DNA of 64,000 nt from Sphyrna mokarran (GCA_024679065.1 JAGIQG010000043.1:1178001-1242000), one strand, 5' to 3'; shown: positions 13,081 to 27,600, numbered from the stretch's first letter. Notes: a model not told the origin generated them from the sequence alone. Numbers and translations: made by a program.

Positions 13081-14220
13081 ATGTAACCATGTTGAAATTC
13101 CTCTTTAGAATCATGTCATGCGTACAGAGTGGCATAATGCTCTGTTGGCCATTGTCTGAACGTCAACTTTCACTTTGACAAATAATACCAAAGGCAGATT
13201 GTTCCTTAAATGGGAAATTGGCAATTGTGACTAGACAACGGAACCTAGGTATCTTTGTTTTCAGCTATAGCATGTGAATGTATAAGCAAGTCAGAAGCCT
13301 TTGAAGGTTTGGTAAACGTCATCACGAGGAGATTTATGTACCCTTATAAGGATTTCTTGCTATACTTGTATAAGATCCTAATGAGACCTCGCCTGGAGTT
13401 TTGCATCCAATTTATTCCCCTTCTCCCAGCTGTGACATACATCCCAGAGATGTAGTGCAATGCATGGTTAGCAGATCAATGCTTTGTATAGGGATTTGTC
13501 TGAGGAGAGATTGATGACACATAATCCATATTTCCAACAGCTTTGAAGAATGAGGCGAACGCTTAATTCTGCATATGGTGTGACAGATTGCAAAGGGGTG
13601 GACTAGATAAGGTTCCCCGTGCTTGATTAATGAAATACCTGCGGCTGGGGTGGCTAATTTCAGGAGGTGGAGTGGGCATTTTGAACAAAGAAGGTGGAGA
13701 AATTATCCAATCAAAGTGATGAATCTTTGAATTGTCTACTCTAGAGAGCTGACAAAACGGGTCATTAGGAAGGTTGAAGGCAAAAGTCTCTGGATCCCTA
13801 GAGACGGATGGCATTAAGTGAAATAGTGATCCTGTTGGGAAATGCAGATAAGGTCAGTCATCACCTCTCACCTAACGGAACGTCAGGACCATCTCGACGG
13901 GTTGAAATTTCACTTCCTGTTTTTCGACTCCGATGTCTTTGTTTCCTGCGCCTTTCCTGGAACTCCAATGGCTTTTCCCAGAGCCCTGCATTTACTTAAC
14001 GTCAGAAAAGCATCCAATTCTAATCTCAATAATTTTGAGTCAATAGTACTCCATCGCTCTGAGACAGCATAATCCAAAACTTAAACATTGTCTATGTGGG
14101 ATAGAATGGTTGACTTTTTTTTTAAATCACCTGCAGTTTTTAATATCTTTTTTCACAAATACATGTTGGCCTACTTGTAGTCTATTATAAGTAATGATGT
14201 GGAGATGCCGGTTTTGGATT

Positions 14221-15043
14221 AACAAAGAATAAAGAACAAAGAACAAAACAGCAAGGGAAACAGGCCCTTCGGCCCAACGAGCCTGCGCCGCCACCCCGAT
14301 GATCCCACCTCTACCCGTGATCCCTGTCTACGTTTATAGATCTATGGATTAAAAACCAAATTTGAGGCAATTTAGGGAGAATTTGTTTTGCCAATTAGCC
14401 TAAGAGGAAACCGGAGCACCTGGAGAAAACCCACGCAAGTACGGGGACAATGTGCAAACTCCCACAGACACAGGCCCAAATCCATGTATCTGCACAGCAG
14501 ATAGTCACTGAGTTGTCGTGTTGCCGATCAAATGGTCCAGGTCAAGCGTACACTAACGACGTGAAGCACTAGGATACTCTCGAAAAAAATCCAAGAGCAG
14601 CCCTCTCACGACCCATCGCGTGTATGCCTCTTGTTAGACAACAAGGTGGACCAAAGCATCTGTAGGATAAAAACAAGTACATCAATATCATCATCTATTA
14701 ACACATTTCCTAGGAACTCCCAAGGCTTATGATCCCTATTTTAAATCAGTTTTCTATATCCCTCCATTCCCATTCTGTTCATGTGCCCATCTAAGTATTT
14801 CTTAAATTACTCCAGAGTACCTGCCTCCACCACTTTGCTTGGCAGCGCATTCCGTACCCCCACCACCCTCTTGTGAAAAAAACTCCCTCGAGCATCCAAA
14901 CTATACCTTACCCCTCTCACCCTAAGCCCGTGACCCCTCATCTTACTCGAGTCCATCCTAAGAAAAAGCTTAACACTGTTTACTCTATAACCCTCATAAT
15001 CTTGCACACCTCTATTAGATCTCCTCTAAGTCTATGTCTTTCT
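14221..15043 (-). mobile_element. CR1 subfamily with a long 3' UTR containing a V-SINE-like domain
   Basis: RT C-terminal ORF 14807-15007, then a ~550-bp UTR ending in (TTCTTTG)n. Reverse complement matches 25195-25968. Confidence 0.8.
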
Positions 15044-15359
15044 AAGCTGGTGTTGTGAGATTTCTCACTACTATAAGTAAGCCAGGCAGGTAAAGCACAG
15101 ATCCAGGAAGGTTCTCAATTCAAAATTCAAAGAAATAATTGTTCTCAGAATGATCCAGAACCTTCCCTTTAAGACGAACTAGTAAATAGAGTCATGGTCG
15201 TTATTTATCAAGGCGGTTCTGGAAAGCAAGCACATCTATTTATTGCATAGACAATACCATTTAAATTGAAGTTCCTGGGTTATTCTGGTTTGCCCACATG
15301 GTTGTTATCATATTATTACCACACATGATTAATCTGCAGATATGCATCTACTTTCTTTT

Positions 15360-15715
15360 TGTTCATCTTTGGATATGGGCATTTCTAGGTGTTCAGCATT
15401 TATTGTAGATCATTAGTTGCCCGAGAGCAGTTGAGACTAACCTACCTCCGTGGCTCTGGAGTTACATGCAGGACAGACCTGGTAAAGACAGCAGATTCCT
15501 TTCCATAAAGGACATTAGTGAACCATATGGGATTTTTTTTTCAATAGATGACTGTAATTTCATGATCGTCAGAAAATTCTTAATTGCACTTCTTTATTTT
15601 TTTTCTTGAATTCTAATTCCATCATCGGCCATGACGGAATTCGAACGCGGGTCCCCAGAACACTAGCTGAGTTTCTCGATTACTAGCGAGAATACCACTC
15701 GGCCATCGCCTCCCA
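15360..15715 (-). mobile_element. tRNA-derived SINE (second family; also at 29137-29510, partial at 8840-9075, 45540-45740, 50840-51000)
   Basis: Head gggaggcgatggcc...ggttcgaat with A/B-box-like motifs; body shared among copies. Confidence 0.65.
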
Positions 15716-15799
15716 TATTTACTCCCTATATTCCAAAAAAGAAACAATCCTGTACATCCTCAGTGATGGCAGTATTTGTCTATTGTATGATGACCTTGC

Positions 15800-16345
15800 G
15801 AAAAGGGGAATACAACAAAGGTTTGCCAAGCTGATTCCTGGATCCGTCCTATGAAAAGAGACTAAATCCGTTCGTGCTGTATTCACTAAAGTTTAGAAGA
15901 GTGAGAGGGAATCATATAACTAAAGTTTAGAAAAGTGAGAGGGGATCTTATAGAATCAAATTAAATTCCAGTAGGTGTAGACAGGGTTGATTCAGGAAAC
16001 AAAAATATCCCCAGTGGTGGGGGAGTCAAGAACTAGAAGTCAGAGTTTAGGTAGAAGGGGGTAAACCATTCAGAAATGGAATGAGGGGAAGTTTCTTCAC
16101 CCAGAGAGTGTGAATGCGCAGAATTCACTCCCTCAGAAGATAGCTGAGGCCAAAGCGATGCGTGATTTCAAGAATAAATAAGATTTAGCTTTGTAGTTAA
16201 AGGGATGAAACGACTTGCGGGAAAGGAGGGGGGGGGAATCAGGATATTTTATGCGTTGATAAGCCACTATCAAGATGAATGGTGGGGCAGGCTAGAGGGG
16301 CCGAATGACCTACTCATGTTTTTTTTTGTCTCTATATTTCTATGA
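15800..16345 (+). mobile_element. Old degraded CR1 3' fragment
   Basis: tttagaagagtgagaggg, ttcttcacccagagagtg and gggccgaatgacctact motifs. Confidence 0.65.
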
Positions 16346-17149
16346 CAAGTTGACAAACATAATTATTTCATATTGGAACTTTTGCCACCTACTCCAGGAC
16401 CATGGGAACAGGAAAATTTGTAATGTCGGTTTGCCTAGTCCATCTACACCCCATTAAAATTCAGCTTGCTCACCACTTTTACGAGTCTGTTTGGAACTTA
16501 CCGTTCCCACCCGCCACGTGTTCACGTTCCCTTTGAACTGATTACACAAAATCACAAATATGCAGCTTTCAATTCTTTCATCAGAAGCATCATTAAATAT
16601 GATCAAAGAGCAAATGTACCTCAATTCTTCACTTGATTTGAGGTACATTTGATCAAATGTACCACCACCCATCAATGATTTAATCTCCACTCTCTGCTCC
16701 CAACCTCTCAATCAATTGGCAATCACAATCTGAAAGTTTTAACTCATCCAGTGCGGATGAGTTATTGGTCACCTTGTGGGAAAATCATGCACTTATGATT
16801 CAGAGAGAATTTACTATCTCACTGGTTCGTAAACTCCTAAGCACATTCATCGGACAGGATTCCCTTTGTTGAAACTATCATTGCACTCCCTACTCAGTTC
16901 ATTTCGGTGCAATATTTGCTCATATTAGGTATGGCAGCAGATCACAATGAACTCTCCACAGTTGTTGTCACATGCTTGAGGATACCTGGCTTCACTTCCC
17001 GTTCTAACTGTAACCTTAATTAATTGACTAATTACTGGCAGGTGGTGTATGATATTGAAACATGTGAAACAACCCGCTCGAATGGAAAATCTAAAAATGA
17101 GGATTCTTTAAAAGCCTGAAGGATTAGGACATTCTGATATTCCAGTTTG

Positions 17150-17500
17150 AGCGGCACGGTCAGCACTGCTGCCTCACAGCGCCAAGGACCCTGTCTGGTT
17201 ACACCCTTGGGTGACCATCTGCGTGGAGTTTGCACCTCTCCCTGTGTCTACGCGGGTTTCCACTGGTGCTTCAGTTTCCTCCCACAAACCAAACGGGTGC
17301 TTATTGGGCGGATTGGCCATGCTATTTGCCCTTTAGTGTCCACAGATGGGCAGGTTAGATTGAATTGCCCTGCTAATTTCCCCCTATGTTCAGGGAGATT
17401 AGCGCCGTGAATACCTGGGTTTACGGGAAATGGGCCTGGAGGGATCTGCTGCTATTGCAGGCTCAATGAGCCATATGCACAAGTTCTATGATTTTACGAT
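17150..17500 (+). mobile_element. V-SINE/HE1-like SINE (orthologous copy at 52310-52625)
   Basis: gcggcacggt...cactgctgcctcacagcgcca head and gtggagtttgcac central domain. Confidence 0.75.
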
Positions 17501-20179
17501 TCAGATAGCTTTCATATTCTTGTGCAGAACATACATTTACCAGAAAGTACCCAAACAATTTGGAAATAAAAACATTCCTTGGTTGAGATTTATTGCAATG
17601 GATGAAGTATTTGTGGTGATCGATGAGTAAGGAATGCTACTGCAAGCAAGCCTCATGTCAGTGAGACTGTGCCAAGAATATTGATTGCCGTTTAGTTGTT
17701 TTTTTTTTACAGCAGAAAGCTGCATTTGCCTTTTGGGTAAGATCCTGAAGCTTCATGCCTGGTAGGAAAGGTTTGTCCTGTCCGGGCACATTCATTAGTT
17801 TGGATCAACGTTAGCTGGAGTTCGGAAACTTAATGTGTGTAAATGAGAAGATTCGGGCTACGATTTCAGTATTAGGATTGAGAACTTGTTTGTGCCTTGC
17901 TGGTGAGTCCAGAACATCGCGTTCATAGTCTCAGAGTACATACTGAGATGAGCGGGTAATCCTTCATTGATAGATTTGTGAGCTTTTGAGATATTCTGCA
18001 ATAAGAGCTCTGGATGATCATTGAAGAGACAGACCGATTCTGCGAGGAACCAAGGCAATGTGGAATTAATGTACAGTCAGGATCTAAACGCCTAATGGAG
18101 ATCGAATGAAGTCTTTATTTAACATGTTTCAGTATGTTAAACTCACTGTGGTTGTTGCAATTTCTCGTCCTGGCCCCACCGTGCCGCTCAAACTCTACCC
18201 TTGTATTTCCCTATTACCCAGTCCTCCTGCAGTGAAATATTGTCTGCTGCCTTTCCTTCTCCCCCTTTCGCTTTCTTTGTCAAACGTTGGCCACGTCTTC
18301 ATTCTGGGAGGGGTGTCTGTCATTGATTCATGGCGACAAATCATTCTTTACAAGAATACTCCAGGCGTGATCTCACCAAGACCGATAACATTACACCAAA
18401 GCATCCCTATTTCGATACTCAAACCCTCTCGCTCTGAAGGCCAAGGTATCATTTCCGTTCTTTATTGTCTACTGTACATCCGTGCTTACTCTAAGCGAGA
18501 AACTATTCGAAGAGGTTTCGCTGAAGGCAAAACAATTGCCTACTATTCGGAAATGCATCCATAACTGTGAAAATACTGAAAAAAAAACATTATTATTCTA
18601 TTCTACATCAATCAAAACGTGTTTTCGTTGTTTTGACTAATACTGGAGCTTCGGTTTGATTCTCGGGGTTTAGCCTGCTCCACTGCCCTCCCCCCTCCCT
18701 CCCGGCCACTTCTGCCACCCCGCCCTCCCCCCCACCCACCCACCCTCCACCCCCACTCACTCACCACCACCATCGTATTGCTCCTTACTGGACTGCAGGG
18801 GCTCTATTTTTGATATATTTGATCAGACTTTTTTTTTCAATTGATTGCATTCCCGTCACCTCGAATATACCCTGGGATATCTATTAGCGGATCGATTTCA
18901 GGTCCAGCGAGTCAGGCAGAAACTTCGACATCGGCCTCTCTATGGAAGTTTGGTTCAATGACACTCTCTATACTTCCACTGTTGAAATTAACTCCCGTGG
19001 AAGTCTTATGAATGGAAGTGTCTATTAGAAAGCAACATAATAGTTTGACGGGGAGTACACAATTCAGACCTTCGAGGACGCTCCGAATTCTACATGACCA
19101 TGGCTGTGTTTTTTCTGACCTCAACTCCACTGACCTGTCTGTTACCCATAGTTCTTTATCCGGCTTTTCATTAGCCAAGTATTAATTTCTTTCTTGATCT
19201 TGTTGACTGATTCTGCCTTCACTGCCAGCTGGAGCACAGATACACAACCCTTTGAGAGAAATAGTTTCTCCTCATCGTAGTTTCGAATCTATCCCCTCTC
19301 TCGCTATATCTCTGAGCTTTTGTCCTAGACTGTCCCATTTGGGGGTCATCTGTTGAACGTTCACCATATCAATTCCTTCAGCATGTTATATACCCGATCT
19401 GATCACCCACGCCCCCCACCCCGCCCCGATTCTTCTAAATCCATAAGCCCAAGCAACGCAACTGTCTCTCGTATGATGGACACTTCGTCCCCGAAATCAA
19501 TCTTGTGGACTTCCTGTGAACTTCCTCCGGCGTCACCACATCCTTCGTCAAGCTGGGAGGACAAAATTGGACAGAATGCTCCATGCGAGGACTTCCAACG
19601 CCTTATTCAATTCTAAAAAAAAACACTTCTATGTATCACAATCTAGACCTTTTGCAATAAATGTCAAGATTCATTTTCCATTACAGAGGGCGAGGTATTG
19701 CTAGTGACCGTTTCCCAATTTATGGAATAGTGAGGTGTGACATTTGTTAAAGTGGACCAATTTATCAAATTACAAGGGATCCCTTTTCTATGTGTGTCCC
19801 TGTTAATCAGTAGCTACTGCAGATGTCTCAATTTTACTCAATTTAAATCACTGTATTTTTTATTCTATTTGCTATCTATATCCCAGAGACACTGTAGATG
19901 CTCAATCAATCAAATGGATTGATAGACAAAAATAAACAGGATATGTAAGATCCCAATGGGAACTGAACTTGATTCGAAAATTGACGATTAGGTTTGTTCA
20001 TGACCTATCAATGATTCAATGATCGAATGAAAAATAACCGTCAATTTATGTTGTGTAACTGAATTCACTGATTCTATCTCCACTGCACTTCGGGACAGTG
20101 GGTTCCACTGATTCACAATCCTCTGAGAGAAGCAGTTTCTTTTTCTCGCTGTTTTGAACTTATCACTCCACTATATATA

Positions 20180-20990
20180 TAGATAGGATGCAAGACTGGG
20201 CGGAGAAGTGGCAGATGAACTTCAAAACGGATAAATGACTAGTGGTCCATTTTGGCAGGAATAGTGGGATGAAGGAGTACAATCTAAGGGGTAGGAGTCT
20301 TAGCTGTGTTGTAGAGCAGAACGATCTCGAGGTCCAGGTCCATAGGACTCTTAAATCGGCCTCGCACGTGGAGGAAGTGGTCAAGAAGGCGTACGGTGTA
20401 CTGGCCTTCATTAATCGAAGAATAGAGTTTAGGAGTCAGGAGGTAATGATGCAGCTCTATAAGACTCGTGTCAGACCCCACTTGGAGTATTGTGAGCAGT
20501 TCTGGTCGCCTCACTATAGGAAGGATGTAGAGAGTGCAGAGGAGATTTACAAGGATGCTGCCTGGATTGGGCGGCAGGCCTTTTGAAGATACGTTGAGGG
20601 AGCTGGGACTCTTCTCAATGGAGAGACGTAGGTTGAGAGGCGACCTGATAGAGGTTTATAAAATGTTGAGAGGAATAGGTAGGGTGGACTGTCAGAGACT
20701 ATTTCCCCGAGCTGAAATGGTCACTACGAGAGGACACAGATTTAAGGTGCAGGGAAGCAAATACAAAGGAGATGTCAGGGGTAGGTTTTTCACTCAGAGG
20801 GTGGTGAGTGAATGGAACCGAATGCCGTCGGAGACGTTGAGGTAAACTCACTGGGGCCTTTTAAAAGACATCTGGATAAGTATATGGAAACGAATAGGAT
20901 AGGGGATTATAGATAGGTCTGTGGATTGGTAGATGCGATCGGCGCAACACCTGGGCCGAAGGGCCTGTTTGTGCTGTATTGTTCTATATA
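20180..20990 (+). mobile_element. 5'-truncated CR1 (second subfamily)
   Basis: RT C-terminal ORFs 20242-20845 and tail; similar to 31724-32522. Confidence 0.9.
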
Positions 20991-21009
20991 TATATATGGC
21001 CTCTCGTTC

Positions 21010-22700
21010 TGGATTGTCCACGAGGGAGGACATCTTTTCAAAGTATAGTATAACTTGGAGGAAGGAAGTGAAGGTGTTACGAAGAGAAGTGAACGATTGC
21101 CGATGAGTTTCATTCATGTTTCATCAGACTCGAGTAGCCGAATCTTAAACAACTATCAGCTCACAGAGCATCCAGGAGGAAGAGCGGGTGATGGATAGTA
21201 GTTATTGAGAAGCGGTAACACCTAAAAATGAAGCTAGCTGTGTGACAGTCAGGAGAACGGAGGAGAGGAGGCAATCAGTGCAGGAATCCCTTGTGATTAT
21301 TCTCTCCAAAATAAGTATACCTTTTTGGATACTGCAGGGGAGGATGACCTTCCAGGGGTATGTCTTAGTGACCAGGTCTCTGGTGCCGAGTTGGACTCTA
21401 TGGGTCAGAAGGAATAGGGGGAGAATATGAGAGTCATAGTAGTGGGGGACTCAGTCGTTAGAGGCAGAGACATGTGGTTCTGTGAGCGTGAACGAGACTC
21501 CAGGATGGTCGACTGTTTCCTTGGTGCTACGATCCTGGTTGTCTCTGAACGAGTAGAGAGCACCCTAAAAGGGGTCATTGTCATTGTCTACCTTGCTACA
21601 AATGACATAGACAGAAAATAGGGAAATCCAGCAAGGACAATTTAGGGCTTTAGGTAAAAGGCTAAAAAACAAGACTTCACGTGTAGAAATCTCTGGATTG
21701 TTCCCCGTGCCAAATACTAGTGAGGCTGAGAATAGGGAGATAGTGCCGCTGAACACATGGATAAAGAACTGCTGCAGGAAGGAGGGTTTCAGATTTGTGG
21801 ATAACTGGAATGTCTTTCAGAGAAGATGGGACCTGTACAAGAAGGAAGGATTACACCTGAACTGGAGAGGCATCGATATCCTGGCTGGGAGGTTTACTAT
21901 TGTGTTTCGAGTAAATTTAAACTAATGTGGCAATGGGGTGGGAATCAGAACAGGTCAGCAAGAGAAGAGACTCGGGGGTGGGGGGGGGGGGGGGGGGGGC
22001 GAGCACGGGGCCAAGTCAAGGCTACCCAAGAGGAACAGCAATCTCGGGAAGGATAAACTCAGTCAGCCTGGAGTTCTGTAGTGCATCTGCTTAAATTAAG
22101 GAGCGAATGCGCAAGGCAGATGAACTTGGAGCTTTAAGACAGGTGGTAAACTTCAATGTGGTTGCAGTGAGAGGAACTTGAAAGAAGGACAGGACTGACA
22201 GCCGAATATTCCGTGTACAAGTGCTTTAGGCGTGATAGAAGAAGAGATAGTAGAGGTGGGAGAATAGTAATACTGGTTAGGGAGTATATTGCAGCGGTAC
22301 AGAGGGTGGACAATTTGGTAGGATCATGTAATGAAACACTTTGGGTAGAGCTCAGAACCAGGGACGACGCAGTCACTTTTCTGGGGTTATACTACAAGGT
22401 CTCCCGACAGCCCACGGAAAGTTGTGGAACGGATACGTAAGAAAATTCTGGATAGGTGTAGAAAAAATAGGGCGGTTGCAGTGGAAGACTTTAATTTCCC
22501 TCATACAGACTGAATTCCGTTAGGACTGGAGGTCTGGACGAGAAAGAATTTGTGAAATGTGCCCAGGAAGTTTCTTTGGAACAACACGTTGATAGCTCTA
22601 CTAGAGAGGATGATTTACTGGACTGATAAATGGTTAATGAGGCCGGTCAGGTCATCAAACTTTCAGTGGAGGAACATGTGGCGAACAGCGATGACAATTC
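21010..22700 (+). mobile_element. Degraded CR1 5' half (ORF1 esterase plus endonuclease)
   Basis: Fragments VVGDSVVRG, GLHLNWRG and YKCFRRDR. Confidence 0.8.
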
Positions 22701-23596
22701 AGTACACTAAATCCTATGGCACAGTTGAGCATAAGGTGTTTCACTCTGTGTATGATTCAAAGAACCAACATGAAAGCTTGTATCAAACAAAGTTTATTTT
22801 AGAATATGGCTGAATTTAAATCGAAATAATTTGCATAACGTTTCCCAATTACACGATTCGAATATGATATAGAATAGACTTTACCAGCCAGCTGTCTATG
22901 AAGTTCCAATTCAAACAACATATCCCTTTCTAGCCTTAGAACAACCGTAAACATATTCACGTGGTGCTGAGTTTTCAGCTGTTTAACTCCTATCGTGAAC
23001 TGATCCTTTGAATTTTGGATTAAATCACTGAGGCTTCCGAGTCCCAGAAATTTCCAAAACACCTCTGGAGAGAGAAATGGACCGGGACATGCCAGCCTCC
23101 ATCAGCTGCTAACAGTAATTCACAGACAGCATAACTTGAAACTCCAGAGCAAGGGCAACTGCTTCCCACCTCAGGATACTGCTGAACAAAAAAAGTAAAA
23201 ACTTGCACTTCTCTGCGAAAGAAAAAAAAAGTCCCCAGGCACCAGCTGACTTAAGAATCACACTCCACCCCGTCCTTTCAAAAGGATCATATCACCGGAG
23301 GATTCTGCATTAGTCCAGGTTAAAAATGAACCAGATGGCAATTATATTGCTTCAGTTGCAATTGGAGGACGATGGTCTCTGTGACCAAAGCATGGCCAAC
23401 ACAATACTAGGAGCTGCTTGAAAAAGCTACTAAATAACATGATCGCAATCACATTCTTTTTATTGCCACAACTACTTATAGTTATATTGGCTGTGAATGG
23501 AAACATTACACTCTTGAATGTAATTGTTTAGAAATACAGCCGTCTGCTCAAATGAGCATGTCAATCACATGTGAAATATTTTCTTTTTACTTACAT

Positions 23597-25190
23597 ATAG
23601 AACATAGCACATGGAACACTACAGCACAAACAGGCCCTTCGGCCCACAAGTTGTGTCGATCATATCTATACCTACCAGGCCATAGAATTATCTGTAACTC
23701 CCAATCCCATTACATCCCATGTACTCGTCCAGAAGTCTCTTAAAAGACCCCAGCGGGTTCGCCTCTAGCACCACTGATGGCAACCGATTCCATTCACTCA
23801 CTACCCTCTGAGTGAAAAACTTACCTCTAACATCTCCTCTGTACTTGCCCCCCAGCACTTTGAACCTGTGTCCTCTCGAAGCGACCATTTCAGCCCTGGG
23901 AAATAGCCTCTGAGAATCCGCCCTACTATTCCTCTCAACATCTTATAAACCTCTATCAGGTCGCATCTCAAACTTCGTCTCCCCAGAGAGAAGAGACCTA
24001 GCTCTCTCAACCTATCTTCATAAGTCATGCCCCCAATCCAGGCAACATTCTTGTAAATCTCATCTGCACCCTCTCAAAACCTTCCAAAATCCTTCCTATA
24101 CTGAGGCGACCAGAACTGAACACAATACTCCAAAGTTGCAGCATTACCTCCCGACTCCTAAACTCAATTCCTCTATTAATGAAGACTAGTACACCATATG
24201 CCTTCTTGACCACATCCTCCACTTGCAGGGGAGATTTAAGAGCCCTATGGACCCGGACCCCAAGATCCTTCTGCTCTTCAACGCTGCAAAGACTCCTACC
24301 CCTGATATTATACTCCTTCATTCCATTGGTCCTACCAAAACGGACCACCACACATGTATCCGCGTTGAAGTCCATCTGCCACTTCTCCACCCAGTCTTGC
24401 ATCCTGTCTGTGTCTCACTGCAACTTCTGACATCCCTCCAGACTATCCACAACACCACCAACATTCGTATCATCGGCAAACTTACTAATCCATCTCTCCA
24501 CTTCCTCATCTACGTCATTTATGAAAATGACAAACAGCAAGGGTCCTAGAACATATCCCTGGGACACTCCACTGGTGACTGACTTCCATGCAGAAGATGA
24601 CCCATCCACAACTACTCTCTGCCTTCTGCAGGCAAGCCAGTTCTGGATCCACAAGGCCAAATCCCTTTGGATCCTATGCCTTCTCACCTTCTGAAGAAGT
24701 CTTGCATGGGGGACCTTGTGAAACACCTTGCTGAAATCCATGTAAACCACGTCCACTGCTCTTCCTTTGTCAATGTGTTCAGTCACATTTTCGAAGAATT
24801 CAACTCGGCTCATAAGGTACGATCTGCCATACCAAAACCGTGTTGACTATTCCTGATCAAATTGAATTTCTCTAAATGATCATAAATCCTATCTCTCAGA
24901 ATCCCCTCCATCAACTTACCGACCACTGAGGTCAGACTCACTGGTCGGTAATTGCCCTGGCTATCCCTATTCCCCGTCTTGAAAATAGGCACCACATCGC
25001 AATCCTCAATCTTCCAGAACCTCTCCTGTCTCTATCGACGACGCGAAGATCATGGCCAGAGGCTCAGCGATCACTTCCCTCACCTCCCACAGTAACCTGG
25101 GGTACATCCCATCTGGATCTGGCGACTTATCTACCTTGATGGAATTTAACAGTTCCAATACCTCCTCTTTCTTAATATTCGCATACTCGA
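23597..25190 (-). mobile_element. Truncated CR1 (third subfamily), frameshifted RT
   Basis: ORF fragments with NYRPVSLTS, FADD and GRFFTQR-like motifs. Confidence 0.9.
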
Positions 25191-25194
25191 TCTT

Positions 25195-25968
25195 TAACAG
25201 GGTTAAGCTTTTTCCTAGAATGGACTCGAATAGCACATGGGGTCACGGGCTTAGGGTGAGGGGGGTAAGGTATAATTTGGATGCTAGAAGGAGTTTTTTC
25301 ACACAGAGGATGGTGGGGGTATGGAATGCGCTGCCAAGTGGTGGAGACAGGTGCTCTGGAGTTATTTAAGAAATACTTAGATAGGCACATGAACAGAATG
25401 GGAATGGAGGGATATAGAAAACTGATTTAAAATAGGGATCGTGAGCCTTGGGAGTCCCTGGGAAGTGTGTAAATAGATAATGGTATTGATGTACTTGTTT
25501 TTATCCTACAGGTGCTTTGGTCCACCTTGTTGTCTAATGAGGGGCATACATGCGATGGGTCGTGAGAGTGTGGCACTTGGATTTCTTTTCGAGAGTATCC
25601 TAATGCTTCAGGTCGTTAGTTTACGCTTGACCTGGACCATTTGATGGGCAACACGGCAGCTCAGTGACTATTGCTATGCTGTGCAGATACATGGATTTGG
25701 GCCTGTGTCTGTGGGAGTTTGTGCATTCTCCCCGTGCTTGAGTGGGTTTTCTCCGGGTGCTCCGGTTTCCTCCCACATCCCAAAGATGTGCTTTTAGGCT
25801 AATTGGCAAACAAATTCTCCCTAAATTGTCTCAAATTTGGTTTTTAATCCATAGACCTATAAACATGGACAGGGATTGCGGGTGTAGGTGGGAACATCGG
25901 GGTAGCACGGGCTCGTTGGGCCGAAGGGCCTGTTTCCCTTGCTGTTTTATTCTTTATTCTTTGTTATT
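25195..25968 (+). mobile_element. CR1 subfamily with long V-SINE-containing 3' UTR
   Basis: Inverted match to 14221-15043; shorter copies at 51555-51672 (+) and 60836-61105 (-). Confidence 0.8.
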
Positions 25969-26009
25969 TGTGTTTACCCCTGTCCAACGCTGGCATCTCT
26001 ACATCATGA

Positions 26010-27600
26010 AGGGACTATTCCCAACATTAATGAGCTACATTAATCTGAGTGTGAAGAGCCTGGTAGAAAAAAATACTGACAAAATGGTTCTGAAATGAGC
26101 AGTGAATGTTGAGCCTCACTGAGGGTCTGAACTGCAGACATGCTTGAGGCGGTATAGGCAGCCGCAGAGAGCGGGGCTCGGCAGCAAAGAGGCTCATTGC
26201 CTATGATCGCATCTGTTTGCTGTGAGTGTCAGAACACTCTTATTAACAGCCCATTGGGTGCTGTGCAAAACGCACTGAGGGGAGGAGAACGCTGACCAAG
26301 ATTCTGACCACTTCACCACCTGATGCTAGAGATGGAAAATGATGTTCGAGCTGTAGCTATCAGTGCATTTCCTGTTTCAATAATTGTCGTGCTTTAGGCT
26401 CAGAACAGCCTGCAGTAGTCAAACGCTGGGACTAAGTGTTAGAATGCAGATTGTCGAGTGCGTCCGCACTATGGTATATTAGATCAAACAGACAACAGGC
26501 TCGTATACAATTTGACAGAGAGAAATCCTGCGGAAACTCCATCAATTCCTCCATGCCAACTAAGTTTCCAAATCGGAAGTAATCCTATTTGCCTTTTCCA
26601 CCCGTATACCTGTTCAAGTGTCTTTTAAATATTGTAATTGTACGCATCTGCCACCTCCTCTGGAAGTTCATTCTAGATATCTGCAAAAGGTCTCTCCTCA
26701 AAATCCTTTTAACAATTCGCCGCTCAAATTCAAGCTATGGTCCTTAGTTTTAGACTCTCTTATCCTGGAGTATTGACACCTAAAAAACGGTGCAGATGCG
26801 GGAGGAAGGTGCAGACTCCATACAGACAACGACCCAAATCGGGAATTGAACCAGCGTCCTTGAAACTATGAGACAGCAATGGAAACCAGAATAATACAGT
26901 CAATGCAGGATACAGCCGGGAGGGCCGAGATTGTCGAATTCCCATGTGCCCTGTGCTCCTCCCACCAATTTCCAACAGATAGCAATTTTGCTGAATTGTT
27001 ACAGTGCACTTTTGTAGATATTACACAGTGTGACCCCAGTGAGCTGCTGGTGAAGGGATTGGTCCCTTACATTAATGAGTTGTCCTAATAGGAATGTGAA
27101 GACCTCGTGTAAAGGATTACTGTTATAATGGGTTCTGAAATGAGCAGACAATGTTGGGCCTTACTGAGGGTCTGAACTATTTACAGAAATGTTTGATCTT
27201 GAATAATGATGAAGGGAGTCAGCAGAGGCAGTAGCTGAGAACCAGCTCCGGTAGCAACGAGGCACATTTCCTGTGACTGCGGCTGTTCGCTGTGAGTCTC
27301 AAAATACTCTTACCCACAGCCCAATTGGGGCTCTGCAACATGAACTGGAGACGGTTGGCCAAGATTCTGATCACTTCATCATCTGATGCTTGAGATGGAA
27401 AAAAAAATGATGTTCTTGCCAGAAGTTGTCAATGCCTTTCCTGTTTTTTTTACAGTTGAGGCGCTTCATGTACAGAACCGCATAAGGTGGTCAAACACTG
27501 GAACTAAGTGTTAAACTGCAGATTTATGAATGTTACCCGCCGGGGGTGGCTAGGAGTAAACAGAAAATAAGCTTGTGTATGATTAGAGAGAGAGAAATGC
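26010..27600 (+). repeat. Two diverged direct copies (26010-26530, 27045-27600) of an unclassified ~500-bp element; third copy inverted at 61810-62230
   Basis: Shared core ccaagattctga(c/t)cacttca(c/t)ca(c/t)ctgatgct...agatggaaaa and acagcccatt motifs. Confidence 0.75.

Larger units (their letters stand above)
720..17800 (+). repeat. Segmental duplication, left copy (paralogous to ~42790-52890)
   Basis: Collinear matches seen by eye: 2320-2475~45250-45410, 8694-8810~45407-45520, 10200-10370~46470-46640, 12270-13210~46730-47637, 13570-14160~49715-50370, 15080-15520~50620-50995, 16980-17800~52170-52890. Confidence 0.85.

Noticed and set aside
18770-19010. Plus-strand V-like fragment (LADRFQVQR...LYFHC)
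   Set aside because: Too degenerate; contains stops, and has no B-strand Cys or splice sites.
22737-23469. Possible solo LTR (TG...CA, antisense AATAAA)
   Set aside because: No TSD and no second copy in the window.
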